DNA of 64,000 bases from Escherichia coli 042 (GTDB lineage Bacteria > Pseudomonadota > Gammaproteobacteria > Enterobacterales > Enterobacteriaceae), in NCBI RefSeq assembly GCF_000027125.1, contig NC_017626.1; one strand, given 5' to 3'. This document shows positions 60,605 through 64,000 of this stretch, one piece after another. The notes below the pieces were generated by a model that saw only the letters and a program-made list of their open reading frames with translations, made no database searches and was not told where the DNA came from. The position numbers were made by a program, and so were the translations under genes. Position 1 is the first letter of the stretch. Every line of letters starts with the position of its first letter.

Positions 60605-63046
60605 ATGAGCACTGATAAAGAAGAATTTGCACTATATTGCGAAGCAAAAAATGACAAAGTAAGAAAACGCCTGGGAATTAAAGGTGGTTTTTACTGGACT
60701 ACAGCAAAAAAATTATCTGTTGCAATCTCCCGCTGCATTACCGCAATGGATGACAACGATTATGATGAAGACGACTTTAAAAAACCCGTCCGCGTCAATT
60801 TGCCCGTTGTTGACGACCTTCCGCCAGAAGGCGTGTTTGATACTGAATTCTGCAACCGCTATGAAAAAGGCGGGAAAGATGGCATCACAATGACATTTAT
60901 CGGCCCTTCCCCCTCTGTTCAGGACAAACCAGCCAGCACTGACAATACCAACATCAACGGCGAAGACATGACTGAGATTGAGGAGAGCATGCTTCTGCCT
61001 GTCTCCGGTCAGGAACTGCCCATTCGTTGGCTTGCTCAACACGGCAGCGAAAAACCAGTAACGCACGTTTCACGCGACGAACTCCAGGCATTACACATTG
61101 CACGGGCTGAAGAACTACCGGCTGTTACTGCCCTGGCTATTTCGCATAAAACCAGTCTGCTCGACTCGCTGGAGATTCGCGACCTCCACAAACTGGTTCG
61201 TGACACTGACAAAGTTTTCCCTAATCCTGGTAATTCAGACCTGGGACTAATAACTGCTTTTTTCGAAGCATACCTGGACGCTGACTACACTGATCGGGGT
61301 CTGCTGACAAAAGAGTGGATGAAAGGAAATCGTGTTTCACGCATCACCCGCACGGCTTCCGGTGCTAATGCTGGCGGTGGGAACAAAACCGATCGCAATC
61401 CGAATTTAGTACACACCCTCGACACACTGGATGTGGAGATTGCAGCAGCCACACTTCCGATGGATTTTAATATTTATGAAATTCCGGGCAGCATTTATCG
61501 TCGCGCAAAAGAAGTAGTCCTGAACAAAGAAAGTCCGTTCAAAGAATGGTCCGCAGCACTTCGTGCAACCCCGGGTATTCTGGACTATTCCCGCGCCGCT
61601 ATTTTTGCACTTATCCGAAGCGCACACCCTGAATTTTATCACTACCCGGGACGCCTTCAGGGGTATATCAACGCCTATTTGACGGAAACTGATCACGAGA
61701 ACCCCAGCAAGGAAACTCTCACAGCTGCCCGGCATACGCCGGAAAAAGATATCCTGGAAGAAATTAACCGCGAGGTGGTTACTGAGCGTGAAACAGAAGA
61801 AGAAAAACCACAACCATCTGACGCAATGGCAGGTGAACAGGCAACAACTGAAACAATGGAACCGGATACAACTGAACATGGCCAGAACGCGCAGTCGCTG
61901 GATGCTCAGTCGCAGGTGAGTTCCGCTAACCAAGTAAAAGTCACCGCTGACGAAGTAAACAAAATTATGCAGGCAGCCAATATCAGCCAGCCTGACGCCG
62001 ATAAGTTACTTGCTGTATCGCGTGGTGAATTTGTTGAGGGGATTAGCGACCCTAATGATCCGAAATGGGTCAAGGGGATCCAGACTCGCGATTCTGTGAA
62101 CCAGAACCAGCATGAATCGGAACGGAACGACCAAAAAGCGGAACAAAACAGCCCAAATGCGTTACAAAACGAGCCAGAAACGAAACAATCCGAACCAGTA
62201 GCGCAACAGGAACCGGAAAAAGTCTGCACCGCCTGCGGTCAGAGCGGTGGCGGCAACTGCCCTGATTGTGGCGCGGTGATGGGCGACGCAACATACCAGG
62301 AAACATTCGATGAAGAGAATCAGGTTGAAGTTCAGGAAAATGATCCGGAGGAAATGGAAGGCGCTGAACATCCACACAAGGAGAACCCTGGCGGCAATCA
62401 GCATCACGCCAGCGATAATAAAACTGGCGAGACGGCAGATCGCTCAATTAAGGTGAACGGTCATCACGAAATCACATCCACCAGCAGGACGTGTGACCAT
62501 CTAATGATCGACCTTGAAACCATGGGAAAAAATCCTGATGCCCCGATCATCTCAATAGGTGCAATATTTTTCGATCCGCAAACCGGAGATATGGGACCGG
62601 AATTTAGTAAGACTATCGATCTGGAAACTGCTGGCGGAGTCATTGATCGGGACACCATTAAATGGTGGCTTAAGCAATCACGCGAAGCGCAATCTGCCAT
62701 TATGACCGATGAAATCCCGTTAGATGATGCACTGTTACAATTGCGGGAATTTATCGACGAAAACTCCGGTGAATTTTTTGTTCAGGTCTGGGGAAATGGA
62801 GCCAACTTCGACAACACGATTTTGCGCCGTTCATACGAACGGCAGGGGATCCCCTGCCCGTGGCGTTACTACAACGATCGCGATGTACGCACAATCGTTG
62901 AGCTGGGGAAAGCCATAGACTTCGATGCCAGAACGGCTATTCCATTCGAAGGTGAGCGCCATAATGCACTTGATGACGCTCGTTACCAGGCAAAATACGT
63001 TTCAGCTATCTGGCAAAAACTGATCCCGAGTCAGGCTGATTTTTAA
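60605..63046 (+). CDS. putative exonuclease (C-terminal DEDD-type 3'-5' exonuclease domain, central Zn-ribbon)
   Basis: 813-aa ORF; C-terminal ...DLETMG...WGNGANFD...HNALDDA... motifs. Confidence 0.55.
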   Translation: MSTDKEEFALYCEAKNDKVRKRLGIKGGFYWTTAKKLSVAISRCITAMDDNDYDEDDFKKPVRVNLPVVDDLPPEGVFDTEFCNRYEKGGKDGITMTFIGPSPSVQDKPASTDNTNINGEDMTEIEESMLLPVSGQELPIRWLAQHGSEKPVTHVSRDELQALHIARAEELPAVTALAISHKTSLLDSLEIRDLHKLVRDTDKVFPNPGNSDLGLITAFFEAYLDADYTDRGLLTKEWMKGNRVSRITRTASGANAGGGNKTDRNPNLVHTLDTLDVEIAAATLPMDFNIYEIPGSIYRRAKEVVLNKESPFKEWSAALRATPGILDYSRAAIFALIRSAHPEFYHYPGRLQGYINAYLTETDHENPSKETLTAARHTPEKDILEEINREVVTERETEEEKPQPSDAMAGEQATTETMEPDTTEHGQNAQSLDAQSQVSSANQVKVTADEVNKIMQAANISQPDADKLLAVSRGEFVEGISDPNDPKWVKGIQTRDSVNQNQHESERNDQKAEQNSPNALQNEPETKQSEPVAQQEPEKVCTACGQSGGGNCPDCGAVMGDATYQETFDEENQVEVQENDPEEMEGAEHPHKENPGGNQHHASDNKTGETADRSIKVNGHHEITSTSRTCDHLMIDLETMGKNPDAPIISIGAIFFDPQTGDMGPEFSKTIDLETAGGVIDRDTIKWWLKQSREAQSAIMTDEIPLDDALLQLREFIDENSGEFFVQVWGNGANFDNTILRRSYERQGIPCPWRYYNDRDVRTIVELGKAIDFDARTAIPFEGERHNALDDARYQAKYVSAIWQKLIPSQADF

Positions 63047-63104
63047 TGTTCAACCCTAATTGCCGCTAACCGTATATAGTTAGCGGCGGTTATGAGATAT
63101 AGCT

Positions 63105-63308
63105 ATGAGCAGCTTATTTTTAACCGAAGATGAATTGCTAATATTAACGGGCTGCAAATATGCAAGCCACCAGCGAAAATGGTTAATGGAAAACGGGCTT
63201 CCGTTCTATACCAATCGTAGTGGCAAACCGATTGTCAGCCGGGATCTATTTACCTGCAATAAAACTTTACCACCACGCGAGGTAGAGCCGAATTTTGGTG
63301 CGATCTGA
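63105..63308 (+). CDS. putative excisionase
   Basis: 67-aa ORF immediately upstream of and overlapping the integrase start. Confidence 0.5.
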   Translation: MSSLFLTEDELLILTGCKYASHQRKWLMENGLPFYTNRSGKPIVSRDLFTCNKTLPPREVEPNFGAI

Positions 63309-64000
63309 TGGGAAGACGAAGGAAAAATCCTGAACACGAAAAATTACCTCCAAATGTATACCCAAATAAATATAGTTATGTATGGAAACCAACATCCAGA
63401 GAATCTGTCACACTAACCGCCATCAAGGATGGTTTAGCTGCTTTATGGAAAAAGTATGAGGAAACTGTAAATAATCGCGATCGTGCAATGACATTCGGTC
63501 GCTTGTGGGAAAAATTCCTCGCCAGCGCCTATTACAGTGACCTTAGTCCAAGAACACAAAAAGATTATCTGCAACATCAAAAAAAGTTGCTTGCCGTATT
63601 CGGTAAGGTACCAGCGGATTCCATAAAACCAGAACACATCCGTCGATACATGGACAAAAGAGGGGAGCAGAGTAAAACGCAAGCCAACCATGAAAAAAGC
63701 AGTATGTCCCGTGTTTACAGTTGGGGGTATGAGCGAGGGTACGTGAAGGCTAACCCATGTGCAGGTGTAAGTAAATTCAAGGCCAAAAACCGCGAACGAT
63801 ATGTAACCGACAAAGAATACCAGGCAGTATTAAGCGTTGCACCTCTTCCTGTTTTTATCGCAATGGAAATTGCCTATCTGTGTGCAGCGAGGGTTTCCGA
63901 TGTGTTATCGCTGAAATGGGAACAGATTGGAAACGACGGGATATTCATCCAGCAAGGGAAAACCGGAAAAAAACAGATAAAAGCATGGAGTCCACGATTA
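63308..64000 (+). CDS. prophage tyrosine integrase (5' partial, continues beyond window)
   Basis: Open frame from ATG at 63308 to the window end (MGRRRKNPEHEKLPPNVYPNKY...); not in the ORF track because there is no stop. Confidence 0.8.
   Translation, partial: MGRRRKNPEHEKLPPNVYPNKYSYVWKPTSRESVTLTAIKDGLAALWKKYEETVNNRDRAMTFGRLWEKFLASAYYSDLSPRTQKDYLQHQKKLLAVFGKVPADSIKPEHIRRYMDKRGEQSKTQANHEKSSMSRVYSWGYERGYVKANPCAGVSKFKAKNRERYVTDKEYQAVLSVAPLPVFIAMEIAYLCAARVSDVLSLKWEQIGNDGIFIQQGKTGKKQIKAWSPRL

Larger units (their letters stand above)
6974..64000. mobile_element. lambdoid prophage (lambda-like tails, HK97-like heads, Qin/Rac-like early region), integrated at tRNA-Ser; right end beyond window
   Basis: Continuous phage gene content from the tRNA remnant to the truncated integrase at the window edge. 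Confidence 0.85.

Overview
The window is an Escherichia coli chromosomal segment (hchA, hprS/hprR, hiuH, msrP/msrQ, zinT; 1-6.3 kb) followed by a lambdoid prophage that starts at a 3' remnant of tRNA-Ser(CGA) (6912-6973) and runs past the window end (its integrase is cut at 64000). The prophage has a lambda-like tail module (stf, lom, J, I, K, L, M, H, G/GT, V), HK97-like head genes, an HNH-TerS-TerL packaging module, a pinholin/SAR-endolysin/Rz/Rz1 lysis cassette, two tRNAs, a Q-like gene, rusA, a hok-type toxin, a YdaS/YdaT-type immunity region with a CI-like repressor, the ydfABC-dicF-dicB-ydfD block, an exonuclease and xis/int. The main finding is a nested element of about 15.2 kb (27711-42962) inserted in-frame into the prophage terL gene and flanked by a 7-bp direct repeat (TTGGTAA). 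It encodes its own tyrosine integrase, two AlpA-like regulators, a Bro-N protein, a primase/helicase with iterons, SSB, a PerC-family regulator, and a full capsid and packaging set (major capsid, protease, portal, connector, HNH, TerS, TerL) but no tail genes. That architecture matches a capsid-forming phage-inducible chromosomal island (cf-PICI-like satellite). It carries an AT-rich orphan cargo gene (34542-35048) of unknown function. All calls come from reading the sequence and the ORF translations; no database search was run, so product names based on remembered homology are provisional.
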